A DNA stretch of 20,000 bases, taken from positions 2,754,804 through 2,774,803 of the forward strand of contig MU053376.1 of the NCBI GenBank assembly GCA_013239625.1, read 5' to 3'. Made by a program: the position numbers and the translations under genes. Below the pieces are notes generated by a model. It saw only the letters and a list, made by a program, of their open reading frames with translations, was not told the DNA's origin and did no database searches. Below, piece by piece: positions 10,209 to 20,000 of the stretch. Numbering within the stretch: position 1 is the stretch's first letter; the number at the start of each line of letters is the position of its first letter. This DNA is from Lama guanicoe. Its lineage: Eukaryota.

Positions 10209-12009
10209 ATGCAACATGTAAAGGTATCATTGCCCTTGCCTGTGTTTTTTTAACCAAAAAGAAATCCTACCTCCATGTCAGAACCCACAGGAACATGGCT
10301 CTTAAATGGCAGCAAAAGGGAACAGTCTATGATAGCAGGGAAGACCAGTTCTGTTGGAGACCCAGCATTTAAAACCACTAAGGACATACAGCCCTTTCAA
10401 TCATCAGAAAAGAAAAGATAAGCACAAGATAAACTGAATTTACATTTAATATGAATGTAGAGTTTGTAGGCAGATTTTTCTCAAAATAGAAGTCCATTTA
10501 GGAAGGCTTGCTATGGGGAAGCAGTGACTATGTTTTCAAAGAAACTGGCAGCTGACATACTAGCAGCTTTCTTATCCGGCCCACACTCCTTGGGAAGGTA
10601 AATGCCACAAACACCATTGTTAGCCATTCATTTAATCAGTATGACAACAAAACCCTTAAGCTCCTTGACAATTACTCAAAATTCTTCAAGACTTTCCCCT
10701 TCCGTGATATGTTAATACTGGCAGAAATAGTTCATGAAAAACAGTAAATACGGACACACAGAACGTTGAGACGAGGAAAAGAACTGAAAGCAAGTCCTTA
10801 GCCATGAGAAACGATGGTATGGGGGGAGGAAACCATGTGACACACTTGGGTACCAATGCCTGAATGAATTCTTAACAGTTGCAGAAACTAATGTTAAAGG
10901 GCCGAGGAGAGAGTGATGAAATGTAGGAGCAATTCAGAATGAATGCAATAGAAGGGAGATAGATACACAGCAACAAGGATATCAAAACCTTTAACTGAGA
11001 CCTAAACAGCCCCGCCGGGGGATGATGCAGTTTGCTCTACCCAAAGCTGAAGGAGAGACTGAGGTTCAGTCCAAGCCACGCTCCCCAGCACAAGGCTCTT
11101 TTTGCTTAGAGGGAGCCCTGTTCTAGAGGCTATTGCAAAGTGGCACCAAGCATGTCAACACATTTTCGTGACTGCTGTTAAGATTTCAAAATCACCAACC
11201 AAAGAGGCAGCAAAGGATCCCCAGAGGAAAAACTGCATGTCTACTCACTCTGAGCAAGTTCACATTTTATTACTTATGCTTCTTCTCAAAGTGTTTTGCA
11301 GAAGTAAAATTTTAAATGTATGATTTACAATAGACCAGGAAATTATTATCTATCACTTATGGTGGCTGCAAACATCCAAGATGTTAAGAGATAAATAGTT
11401 GCTAATAGATGTAGAGAATATGTTTAGACCCAGTGATTTATTATTAATGTTTTCATGTATTATTTAATTTTGGTGCATAAATTGTTTTCTAAAATTTCTG
11501 AAGGAAGGAAAATTTTATTTTCCTTTATTTGCTATGTATTACAATGGAACTTGAAATGGCTACTATCAGCTAAAATTATATCTTAACTGGCAAGAATGGA
11601 TGGACTTTCTTTCTGCAATGATAGATTGTCTAAGTTTCCTATCTGCTGTCACTGCATATTTTATGTTTCTTTCCTCCAAAATAACTGGAATCAAAAGTGA
11701 GAGTTTTTATGCTGTGTGCTGTAGTATATTGACTTTCTCTTGTCTTGTTATTACAAGTTATAGACTGTTTATGAATTTTGACCTTTTCATCTACTTGCTA
11801 TATTTGCAAATATTAGCTATCTACTTCTACCAAATACATATAAAAATGGAGTAACTTCAGATTGTTTTGTATTACCCAGTGATCTAGGCAGTTTAAAGAG
11901 GGATCTCTCAAAATGTTTACAAGATTAAAGTTTTATTATGTTTATTGTTGCCATTGCTTTTATTGCCTCTGAATTAAGAGACATTGCTTTTATTTTAATT
12001 TTCAAATCC

Positions 12010-12056
12010 TCTTAATTCAAGTTGAGTGTACTGGTCTTAATTCAAGTGAGTGTACT
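12010..12056. repeat. Local tandem duplication of a ~23-bp unit
   Basis: tcttaattcaagttgagtgtact (12010-12032), gg, then tcttaattcaagtgagtgtact (12035-12056), differing by one indel. Confidence 0.9.
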
Positions 12057-14420
12057 TTTACAAATGTGTTAAAATTGCTTTAATAAATGTATCAACTTTT
12101 TACATATATTATTATTCTTCTCATGAACAAATTAAAGTTTTCACTGGGTTTGTTATACTAATTGTCATATTATTACTAATTTTAGAACTTATAGATTTTG
12201 ATGAAATTCAAAACTACTTCACTTGATTACTCTGTCTTATTTCCAGTGTTTAGAATAATTCAAATTCCTCTTAATACACAAACTGAATTCCAACTTATAA
12301 AAATTTCCTTCTTGTTAGAATATCCAATGCTCTTAGGCTTATAAAAATGCCTTTTCAAAATCATGCTTTGCTCTTTGTAAACTTGTATATATATTTCAAC
12401 AAACTATTACCAATCTGTATAACTTGGTGCTGCCTTTTCTCAGTCTTCAAATCTTCAGTGAAAAGTTTAAGAAATATACTTGATTGCTTAGTGAACTAGG
12501 GGAAGTGATGTTTTAAAAATAACATTATGTTTTAAGAGTTTGGAATTTAACTGTCATTGGTAAATGTTTGCTAAAGTTCTTTTTAAAATGAACTCTAGGT
12601 GAGGAAGATCAGCCAGTGACTTCTTCACGTGTCAGGCAGAAATAGGAAACAATGAGCCATGATAATCCTGTGTCTTCTGGAAACCAAAGATCTTTGTTTA
12701 AATGGAAAGTTGGATAAACCCAAGTAAGAAAACAAAGGCACCATTAAGAATGGTGGAGAAGTCTGGAAGGAGTGTGAAAGGACACCCTCCTCTGCTACTT
12801 ACTGTCCCCTCAATTCTCTTTTTAATCAGGCCACTACAGGAGGCAAGACAGGTGCCACAGATGACAGAAGTCGCCATTCCCAGGGGCTTAGGAGGAACAT
12901 TGAGGTGCACCCCCACCAAACTGTAATTGGTCAAGTGTTTGCTTCAGTAGCCCAGAAACACAGGATCTGAAATAGGTGAAACGTAGTAATATATGACACG
13001 CAAATCCATGAGTTTTGCAGGATGGTAGATTCAAATGGCAGCAAAGTCTCTTCTGCTTTGGCTTCAAAGGAATGAAAACAGAAATGGCGATGAAATACCT
13101 GTAAAGAGTTAGGTGGTTTGGAAAGCCCCTGTAACCGTCCCTGTCCCCGAGCCTCCTGACCACCTCACACCATTATCACCACTAGCACTACCACCTGATC
13201 TCAAGATTCTGAATTGCAAATTGATGTTTGACCATTCTCGTGGACAGTTCATTCACTGTTTGAAATTATGTGATAGAAGTATTCTGAAGTAATTTAGTGT
13301 ACGGGGTGCTTGATTTAAACTGGCCGCTCACTGAAATAATCAAGTGATTTGGGGAGGGGGAAGGAATTGTCCTAGTCAGGATCTAGACACTATTTCTACT
13401 CAGTCTGGATCTACATTAATTTTGCTTTCTAAAAGGGAAAGAACATTCTCCTTTATGTGACTCCTGAATGAACTTCTTTTACTATTGAGGATCTAAACTT
13501 CCACACCAGCAAGCCAGTGTGGAAATTCCCCAAAGGAACGGTTCCTCTTTTGCTTTTTAAATGAACTGACCATATTTATTTTACCAAGAAATCCTTAGGA
13601 TTTTAATTTTCCTCTTTTTCTCCACACATACTACTTTTTGTTGTATTCAAGAGACCCATATTCCAAGAGATGTTTAATTAATTAGATGGTAGAAATATGC
13701 AGCTGTTTTAAAACTCCATATAAATGTCATGACAGGATAGTGTCATGACAGATTTTAAACACTAAGTTGGGAAAAATTAAGTCTCATGAAGAATGATTTT
13801 CTCCTGTAGCTATCTCTGCCATGCTCATACACCCACTGCACATATCTGGTCCTGGCAACACCCCAGGAAATTCAGGTCCCAGGTCCTGTCATCACTGAAC
13901 ACCATACCTTGCAGATGTATAGCCCCATTTGTATAATGGCAATTGCTCTATGCTGGAGCAATGAGGCCACTCACAACCTATGGTCTCAGGGTGACCTGAG
14001 TGTGAATATCATTTTGTGGGAAGAAAGGGAGATTGGAGATAGTTTATCATGACTTGATATTTATCTCCTTTATATTTCACCAGAAGGTTGGAAGTTCCAA
14101 AACTGATCATGGTCATAGACAGTATCTTTGGCTAAATCACAGACTGGGAGGCATTTATGAGGAACTTCTGGGTTGCTTTGTTCAACAAACTTAGCATGTC
14201 TTTTTCTTTTTTTTCACTTTTTGGTTTTATTAGTTAGAATTGTTACAGTTTGACTGCACATATACAATATATTGCATGTAAATACTTTTATTCAATGTAA
14301 TGCACATATTTAAAAAATTTACATGTAGGTACTGTTCATTGTTTCTGAGAATGTTTAGAGCCTTAGCTTTTTAAACTTACATAGTTATCAAAGGAATAAA
14401 GCCAACCACAAAATAAGAAT

Positions 14421-14566
14421 TAATTCAAAAACATACATATACCCCACTGTTAACAGCAACATTTTTTATAATTGCCGAGATATGGAAGCATCGTGAGTGC
14501 ACATCAGTAGATGAACAGACGAAGATGCAGCATATATAAGTAATGGAGTACAATTCACCCATAAGA
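14421..14566 (+). mobile_element. L1 fragment, end of ORF2
   Basis: aattcaaaaacatacatataccccactgttaacagcaac...gatatggaagca...catcagtagatgaa...aatggagtacaattcacccataa is the standard L1 ORF2 C-terminal block. Confidence 0.8.
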
Positions 14567-14569
14567 CTT

Positions 14570-15735
14570 CTTGATCCATCTGCAGTAATGACTCCTTGTA
14601 CATTTCCAATATTCACCATTACTTTTATTTTTACCCTTTTCTTTATTCTTGATCACGCTCATTAAATATTTGTCTAATTAATTAGAGCTTTTAAAGAAAC
14701 TAACTTTGCTCTTATTTGTTTTCTACTTGATTGATTTGTTTTTGATTTGTACCACTCATTTTTTAAAACCTGAAGTATAGTCAGTTTATAACGTGTCAGT
14801 TGCTGGTGTACAGCATAATGTGTATGTACGACTGAAACATGCTACTTGATTGATTTTTACTCTTATTTTTAGTATTGCCTTTTTCTACTTTCTTTGAATT
14901 TCTTTTTCTAACTTTCCTCTAATTTCTTGAAATACGTGTTTTTCAGACCTTTTTTTCTTTTTAATACTTTCCTTGGCATTAAAGACTTTGAATTTTCTTC
15001 TGAACCCTGCATTAGTTGGAATTCCACAAATGTTAATGTGATTATTTCCTTTATGGTTCAGTTTGAAATACATATATATTAATTTCTATTGTGATCTCTC
15101 TGATGCATGTGTTATTTAGAAATGCCTATCTTAATTTTCAAACATAGATTTTTAAAATTATTTATCTTTTAGTTACTGATTGCTATCTTGAAGATATTGA
15201 GGTCAGAGAATATACACGGCATGATTTCAAGCTTTGAGGTTTTTTTGGGAAGTGCTTTGTTAGCTAGTGTGTTATCAGTATATGCAAATTAGCCCTGTGT
15301 ACTTGAAAAACAGGTGTATTCTGCATTTGTTGGGTATAGTGTTCTATATATATCAAACATGTTACATATTGTACACATTTTCAATATATTTGCTAATTTT
15401 CTGTCTACTTATTTTATCAGTTATTGACAAATAAGTTAAAATTTATCTGTGATTTTGAATTTGAATTATGAATTTGTCTTTTTTCTTCTTATAGTTCTGT
15501 CCTTGCCTTAAATGCTCTGAGGCTCTTTTATTCTATATGGGAAATTTAAAATCATTACATCATCTGAGTGGATTCTTCTTTTATCATTATTAAGTGATGC
15601 TGTTTCTCTCTACTAAGGTTTTCTGCCTTAAATTCTATTTTGTCAGCAATTGATATACTTATATATGTTTCCTTTTCCTGTATTTGTATCTTATATCTTT
15701 TTCCATTATTTATTTTCAAGTTTTCTGTATCCTTA
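14570..15735 (-). mobile_element. Old L1M ORF2 fragment, interrupted by a young L1 at 14738-14841
   Basis: T-rich antisense L1 ORF2 motifs: ttatttagaaatg, ttaattttcaaaca, ggtcagagaatatac, tgtgtacttgaaaa, gtgtattctgcatttgttgggtatagtgttctatata. Confidence 0.8.
14738..14841 (-). mobile_element. Very short young L1 3'-end insertion with 15-bp TSD and 5' micro-inversion
   Basis: Perfect direct repeat ctacttgattgattt at 14723-14737 and 14842-14856. The body tgaagtatagtcagtttata...ggtgtacagcataatg matches the remembered antisense camelid-type L1 3'UTR. Confidence 0.8.
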
Positions 15736-15739
15736 GGTT

Positions 15740-16508
15740 TTCTTTTTAAATAGCTTTATTGAGCAATAATTCACATGCCATATAGTTATTCTAATTAAAA
15801 TGTACAGTTTGATGATTTTTAGTATGTTCACAAATATATGCAACCATCAGCACTGTTGATTTTAAAACATTTTCATCACCCCAAGAAGAAAACCTGTACT
15901 GTTCAGCTATCACCCTCCTATCCCCTCATTATCTTCTTCTCTACCAATAAGCAATTACTAATCTACTTTCTGATAAGAACAGATAACACACTTGATCTTA
16001 GCCAAAAGGCCAAGAGGCGATATCACTAATCTACTTACTGTCTCTACGGATTTCCCTTTTGTGGATTTTCATATGAATGGAATCATACAATGTATGGAAT
16101 TTTGTGACTAGCTTCTTTGACTTAGCATGTTTACAAGGTTCATCCAACCTGTAAATGTATCAGTAAGTCATTTATTTTATGGCAGAATAATATTTCATTG
16201 CATGGATTGTTTATCCATTCATAACTCGATTGACATTTGGGTTATTTCCACCTTTTGGCTATTAAGAATAAAGCTGCTATACATTTGTGTACAAGTTTTA
16301 GTACGGGCAAATGTTTTCATTCTCTAGGGTATACACCAAGGAGTAAAACTGCTGGGTTTAATCATTTGAGAAACTTTCAGACTGTTTTCCAAAGAATCTG
16401 CACAATTTTACCTTTCCATTAGCAATGTAAGAGGGTTTCAATTACACCATAATCTTAAAACACTTTGTACTATGTGATTTTGTTATCCTAGCCATCCTAG
16501 TGAGTCTT
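15740..16508 (-). mobile_element. L1MA/L1MB-type 3' end (host of the U2 copy)
   Basis: agctttattgag...aaaatgtacag...aacattttcatcacccca...actaatctactt.ctgtctct...aatggaatcatacaa...gacatttgggttatttccac...gactgttttccaaag. Confidence 0.85.
15970..16021 (-). pseudogene. RNU2: U2 snRNA 5'-fragment retropseudogene (U2 nt 1-52)
   Basis: Reverse complement ATCGCCTCTTGGCCTTTTGGCTAAGATCAAGTGTGTTATCTGTTCTTATCAG matches U2 ATCGCTTCTCGGCCTTTTGGCTAAGATCAAGTGTAGTATCTGTTCTTATCAG at 48/52 positions. Flanked by a 19-bp TSD (15954-15972 and 16022-16040, 2 mismatches). Confidence 0.95.
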
Positions 16509-16682
16509 GATTTCTGTCCTCAGTGGCCCAAAAGTCTTTCAGAATCAAAGCTTAAATTCTCCCACATCCCCCAAAATGCCCAACTGGCTTCCCTCTTTCT
16601 CTTTTATTTTTCCCTGATAATTCTACTTATATATTCTGATCACATATACTTATATAGATATCTAGACAGATAGATCCATATC

Positions 16683-16714
16683 CACACACACACACACACA
16701 CACACATACACACA
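16683..16714. repeat. (CA)n microsatellite with one interruption
   Basis: Directly visible. Confidence 0.95.
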
Positions 16715-16787
16715 TTCTAGCATTAGAGTTGTTTTCAGTGGAATGATTTGTCTAATTAACCTAGGACACAATATAACTGAAAGTAGA

Positions 16788-17437
16788 AATCTGTTCTTTT
16801 GTCCATTTTGGGAGGGAATTTTTTCTGATTGATATGTAGGGGTTCTTTGCATATTCTGAATAATAATATTAATGATGTGTGTTGCAAATATCTTATGTGG
16901 TTTATATGGTTTTACTCAATACTGTCTTTCAATGAACAAAGTTCTAAATTTTAATATAGTTGAATAGGGCTTTTATTTTTTATGTCTATTGTAAGAAATA
17001 TTTCCTCACCCCAAGGTCATAAAAATACCATCACATGTTTTCTTTTAAATGTTTTAATGTCTTGTCTTTCACATTTAAGCTTTTATCTGTTTGGAATAAA
17101 TTTAGTGTGTGTGAGGTTGGGATTCAATTTATTTCATTATGTGTAACTGACTCTCCTATTTACTTATTGAATATATCTATCTTCTTTATATGAGGTCTTT
17201 CTTTTTTTTTTTTACTAGTATATTTGTCTGTGCATTTATGAATACCATAGTGCCCTAAATATTAAGTATTTATGTCTTGACACCTAGTAGAACAAGTATC
17301 ACCAAGAGGCACTTTGTTTCTTTCATTTTGCTTTTCCATATATATTTTTGAATTATATGATCAAATTCTTAGAAAAAATGTTGTTAAATTTTGATTAAAA
17401 CTACATTGGATCTATAGATCAGTTTGTGGAGAGCGGG
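16788..17437 (-). mobile_element. Old L1M (L1ME/MC-like) ORF2 fragment
   Basis: tgtgttgcaaatatctt, tgaacaaagttctaaattttaatatag, ccccaaggtcataaa, tttcacatttaag, ttttccatatatattttt, cattggatctatagatcagtttg. Confidence 0.75.
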
Positions 17438-17458
17438 TATATATATATATATATATAT
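17438..17458. repeat. (TA)n microsatellite
   Basis: Directly visible. Confidence 0.95.
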
Positions 17459-17492
17459 TAGTTTTTTTCAATGATAAATTGCTTTTTAAAAA

Positions 17493-17555
17493 TTTTTTTG
17501 GAGGAAGTAATTAGGTTTATTTATTTATTTTTTAATGGAGGTACTGTGGATTGAA
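17493..17555 (-). mobile_element. 5'-truncated tRNA-derived SINE, camelid Vic-1-like
   Basis: Minus strand reads TTCAATCCACAGTACCTCCATTAAAAAATAAATAAATAAACCTAATTACTTCCTCCAAAAAAA: a B-box remnant plus the tail I recall for the camelid SINE. No TSD seen. Confidence 0.65.
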
Positions 17556-17958
17556 TAATACACATACTCTATAACCCAGTAATTCTGCTCCTAGGTAAAT
17601 TTCTCAAAGAAATTCTTTTATAATCCCATATGGTACAAATATAAGGTGCCGTAAAGATATTCATGATAGCATTGTAATAGCAGGGAGCTGGAGGCAATCT
17701 AGGTGCCCAACCCCACGATGAGTAGATAAGTAAAATGGTGCATGCAGCAGTCAGATGCAACAGAGTAAGTGCACATTTAACAAAATGGATGGATATTAAA
17801 AACATAGTGTTGAGTGAAAAAAAAAAGAAATAGGATTAGGTCTATAGGACAATAGCATCTATGTAAATTAAAAGCAAACACCCATAAAATAAAACTATAT
17901 ATTTTGAAAGAACACATGCAAATAAAAGAATACACATTAAACACATTAGAATGACTGT

Positions 17959-18186
17959 GGAGCTCGAAATTTGTGGATACTGACAGGCATATGTAGAATA
18001 GATAAACAAGATTGTACAGGGTAGCACAGAGAAATATATACAAGATCTTCTGGTAGCTCACAGCAAAAAAGAATGTGACAATGAATATACGTATGTCCAT
18101 GTATAATTGAAAAATTGTGCTCTACATTGGAAGTTGAGACAACACTGTACACTGAATATAACTCAATTAAAAATTAAAAAAAAAAA
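17959..18186 (+). mobile_element. Young camelid-type L1 3' end with poly(A) tail and TSD
   Basis: gaatgtgacaatgaatatacgtatg...aaaaattgtgctctaca...tataactcaattaaaaattaaaaa(A)n. TSD aatgactgt at 17950-17958 and 18187-18195. The left site tt|agaa resembles an L1 endonuclease site. Confidence 0.85.
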
Positions 18187-18261
18187 AATGACTGTTTATG
18201 GAGAAGGGGAAGAGGTTTGGGCAAGAAGAAGGGAAATAAAAGCAAACGTCATGGAGTCTTC

Positions 18262-18672
18262 TAAGGCTCACCTATAGGCAATTCTCCCTTCCTCTCAAAC
18301 ACATGGGAGGATAGCACTTCCCTGCCCTCCTCAACCCTTCAGTTGGGCAAGGTCATGGGTTAATTCTGTCTGAAGAGTTGTAGGTGGAATTCATGTGCAC
18401 CAGTTTTAGAGCAGAGGAGTTAATTTCTCATGGGAGAGTGTCCAGTGCTCTAGTCCTGTACTGCTAATAATCATAAAGGCACATATTAAGAAGAAACTTC
18501 CATCACCCTGGATCTCTGAGTGAATACAAGAAGCTGAGGCTCCCCCAGGCCCCAGCCCACTAAAGTGCATCGGACAGGTACTTTTAGTGAGAAATAAACT
18601 TTTGTTGTTTTAAGGTTTGGAGATTTGGATGTGTTTGTTACTGCAGCATAGTCCTAACCTATTCTGAATAAT
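18262..18672 (+). mobile_element. MLT1 (MaLR) solo LTR, MLT1I/J-like
   Basis: gcacttccctgccc...ggtcatg...ttccatcaccctggatctctgagtga...gagaaataaacttttgttgttttaag...gtttgttactgcagcata...ctattctgaataat. Confidence 0.8.
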
Positions 18673-18861
18673 CAATTAAATAAAACAAGAGAGGGGTCTT
18701 TCAGGGACTAATAATGCTAAGAAGCATGACTAAGCCAAACGTGTACACCTGAACTTTCCCCTGCCCCACCCCAAATGAGATGGAGGAAGAAGACAAGGCA
18801 ATTGCCTAAGATCACACAGCCTTGAATTAGGGCATGATAACAACCCTCAAAAGAATGAACA

Positions 18862-19082
18862 AGAATCAACGCCGTGCCTGCCTAGATTTCAGTGAGGTTT
18901 CACAAAGTTCCCTGTGCTGTTTCCATGGGCAGGATGGAGACTTGCAGGCTGAGGAGCATGGCTACTGGCTTTCTTAATGATGGGCAACCGTCATGTCCTA
19001 CAAGGGCTGATGAGTGAATCCAGGTCACCCTGAAGCTTCTTGCTGAAAACTTGGGTCCTCAGGCTCATCCTGTTCAACCTTT
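18862..19082 (+). mobile_element. L3/CR1 reverse transcriptase fragment
   Basis: ctagatttcagtgaggttt/cacaaagttccc... gives LDFS..-HKVP.....RME.C.L with one frameshift, resembling CR1 LDFSKAFDKV.H..L..KMEKCGL. It ends at tcctgttcaac (P.LFN motif). Confidence 0.65.
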
Positions 19083-20000
19083 AAAAAAAAAGTCAAAAGA
19101 TAATTGACTAACCAGGAGAAAATACCTGCAAAACATAGAAAAAAGGACAAAAACAGGAACAGAGAATTCACAAAAGAATGAAAAATTGAAATGGCTATTT
19201 AACCTATCAAGATATGTTCACACTCACTCAGAAAAATGCAAATTCACAGTACACTGATATAAAATTTCTCACCTATGGCTACGATTAAAAACCATGATGA
19301 GAACACGTTTGGTTCATGAGACTCTGGGGAAGCAGAGCACTCTCACACATTCCAGGTAGAAACGTGAATCAGTCCACCTCTTATTGAGAAGATCTGGCAG
19401 TATCCAACAAAACTAAACACATGTTTACTTTCAGAACAAAGAACCCACTTCAAGGAATTTGCACTGAAGATACACTTCCAACAATAGAAAAATAAATATG
19501 CACAAAGTTATTCTTTACAGCATTACACAGAATTGAAAAACATTAAATACAATCTAAATGCCCATATATAAGAAAACTGTTGAATAGACTATGGTATATC
19601 AACATAATGAGGTCCTATAAGCTATAAAAGAATGAGAAATATCACTGAACTGAGCAGGAATTCCAGCATACCTGTTAAATGGGGGGAAAAGTGTCTACAG
19701 CATTATTTCTTTTTATGTAATAAANNNNNNNNNNNNNNNNNNNNNNNNNNNNNNNNNNNNNNNNNNNNNNNNNNNNNNNNNNNNNNNNNNNNNNNNNNNN
19801 NNNNNNNNNNNNNNNNNNNNNNNNNNNNNNNNNNNNNNNNNNNNNNNNNNNNNNNNNNNNNNNNNNNNNNNNNNATAAAAAAGGGAAAAAACTAAAATGG
19901 AATATAGAGAAAAACAAATGTATCTAGCGGTATAACATAACCACGCTGTGGGGGATGTAGAGGTAATTAATCTAAGCAACTTTTGAACAGAACAGAACAA
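19083..20000 (+). mobile_element. L1MC4-like ORF2 end and 3'UTR spanning the gap
   Basis: gaaaaatgcaaatt, gcactctcacacatt, ggcagtatc, cccacttcaaggaattt, actatggtatatc. After the gap: ctaaaatggaata...taacataaccac...aagcaacttttgaaca. Confidence 0.75.
19725..19874. other. Assembly gap (150 N)
   Basis: Run of N. Confidence 1.

Larger units (their letters stand above)
17556..18755 (+). mobile_element. Ancient L1ME-type 3' end, interrupted by a young L1 and an MLT1 LTR
   Basis: catactctataacccagtaattctgctcctaggta...aaaaacatagtgttgagtgaaaaaa...acacattagaatg, resuming at 18196 and again after 18672 (aataaaacaagagagggg...gtgtacacctga). Confidence 0.7.

Noticed and set aside
10676..10717. Possible extra minus-strand exon (tttctgccag|...INISRKGKVLKNF...|gtaatt)
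   Set aside because: Weak donor and no convincing acceptor to link it to exon 1, which has an in-frame stop just upstream of its ATG.
12698..13163. Overlapping ORFs on both strands (12702-12926 +, 12698-12934 -, 12888-13163 -)
   Set aside because: No recognisable domain and no consistent exon structure. Slightly higher GC explains the lack of stops.
13499..13524. Inverted repeat ttccacac / gtgtggaa
   Set aside because: An 8-bp stem, too short for a miRNA or structured RNA call.
845..18152. Supplied single-exon ORFs of 61-121 aa
   Set aside because: Most lie inside L1, L2, MER5 or LTR relics or microsatellites, many start at non-ATG codons, and none resembles a known protein. Such lengths are expected by chance.
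5055..19082. The L3 piece at 18862-19082 ends about where the L3 piece at 5055 begins in the consensus, hinting at one rearranged element
   Set aside because: Their genomic order is reversed and they are 13 kb apart. The right piece is simply cut by the L1MC4-like insertion, so independent copies are more parsimonious.
19632..20000. Three ORFs running through X residues
   Set aside because: Artefacts of the 150-N gap.
1..20000. Prokaryotic-type systems (CRISPR, operons, IS elements), tRNA or rRNA genes
   Set aside because: The sequence is mammalian. No repeat-spacer array, long ORF, complete tRNA cloverleaf or rRNA similarity was seen.

Overview
AT-rich, CpG-poor mammalian genomic DNA, probably camelid judging by lineage-type L1 3' ends and a SINE tail recalled from memory. 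It has a 150-N gap at 19725-19874. Much of the window is decayed interspersed repeat: L1, L2, L3/CR1, MIR, MER5-type hAT, LTR16-like, MLT1 and an ERVL pol fragment. None of the supplied single-exon ORFs looks real. The main result is a candidate six-exon gene on the minus strand that the ORF track misses, with coding pieces 6581-6549, 6217-6196, 4911-4849, 4120-4089, 634-581 and 235-164. All introns are GT-AG and phase-compatible, giving a 91-aa protein I do not recognise: MLKKQFLSVTGVMFLGYSFTELYFPTCELKKGLIPLPGVDNQKIKLIYQKADEKIEIHLFPPQLHEAQNQYHKFHLELLPQEHLQTSPKND. It has a hydrophobic N-terminus, an in-frame strong-Kozak upstream ATG cut off by one TAA, and an in-frame alternative 15-nt microexon. 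Also found: a tailless U2 snRNA retropseudogene with a 19-bp TSD, a ~100-bp L1 insertion with a 15-bp TSD and a twin-priming-type micro-inversion, and a possible poly(A)-tailed retrocopy or transduction. Repeat names come from remembered consensus sequences and repeat boundaries are approximate.
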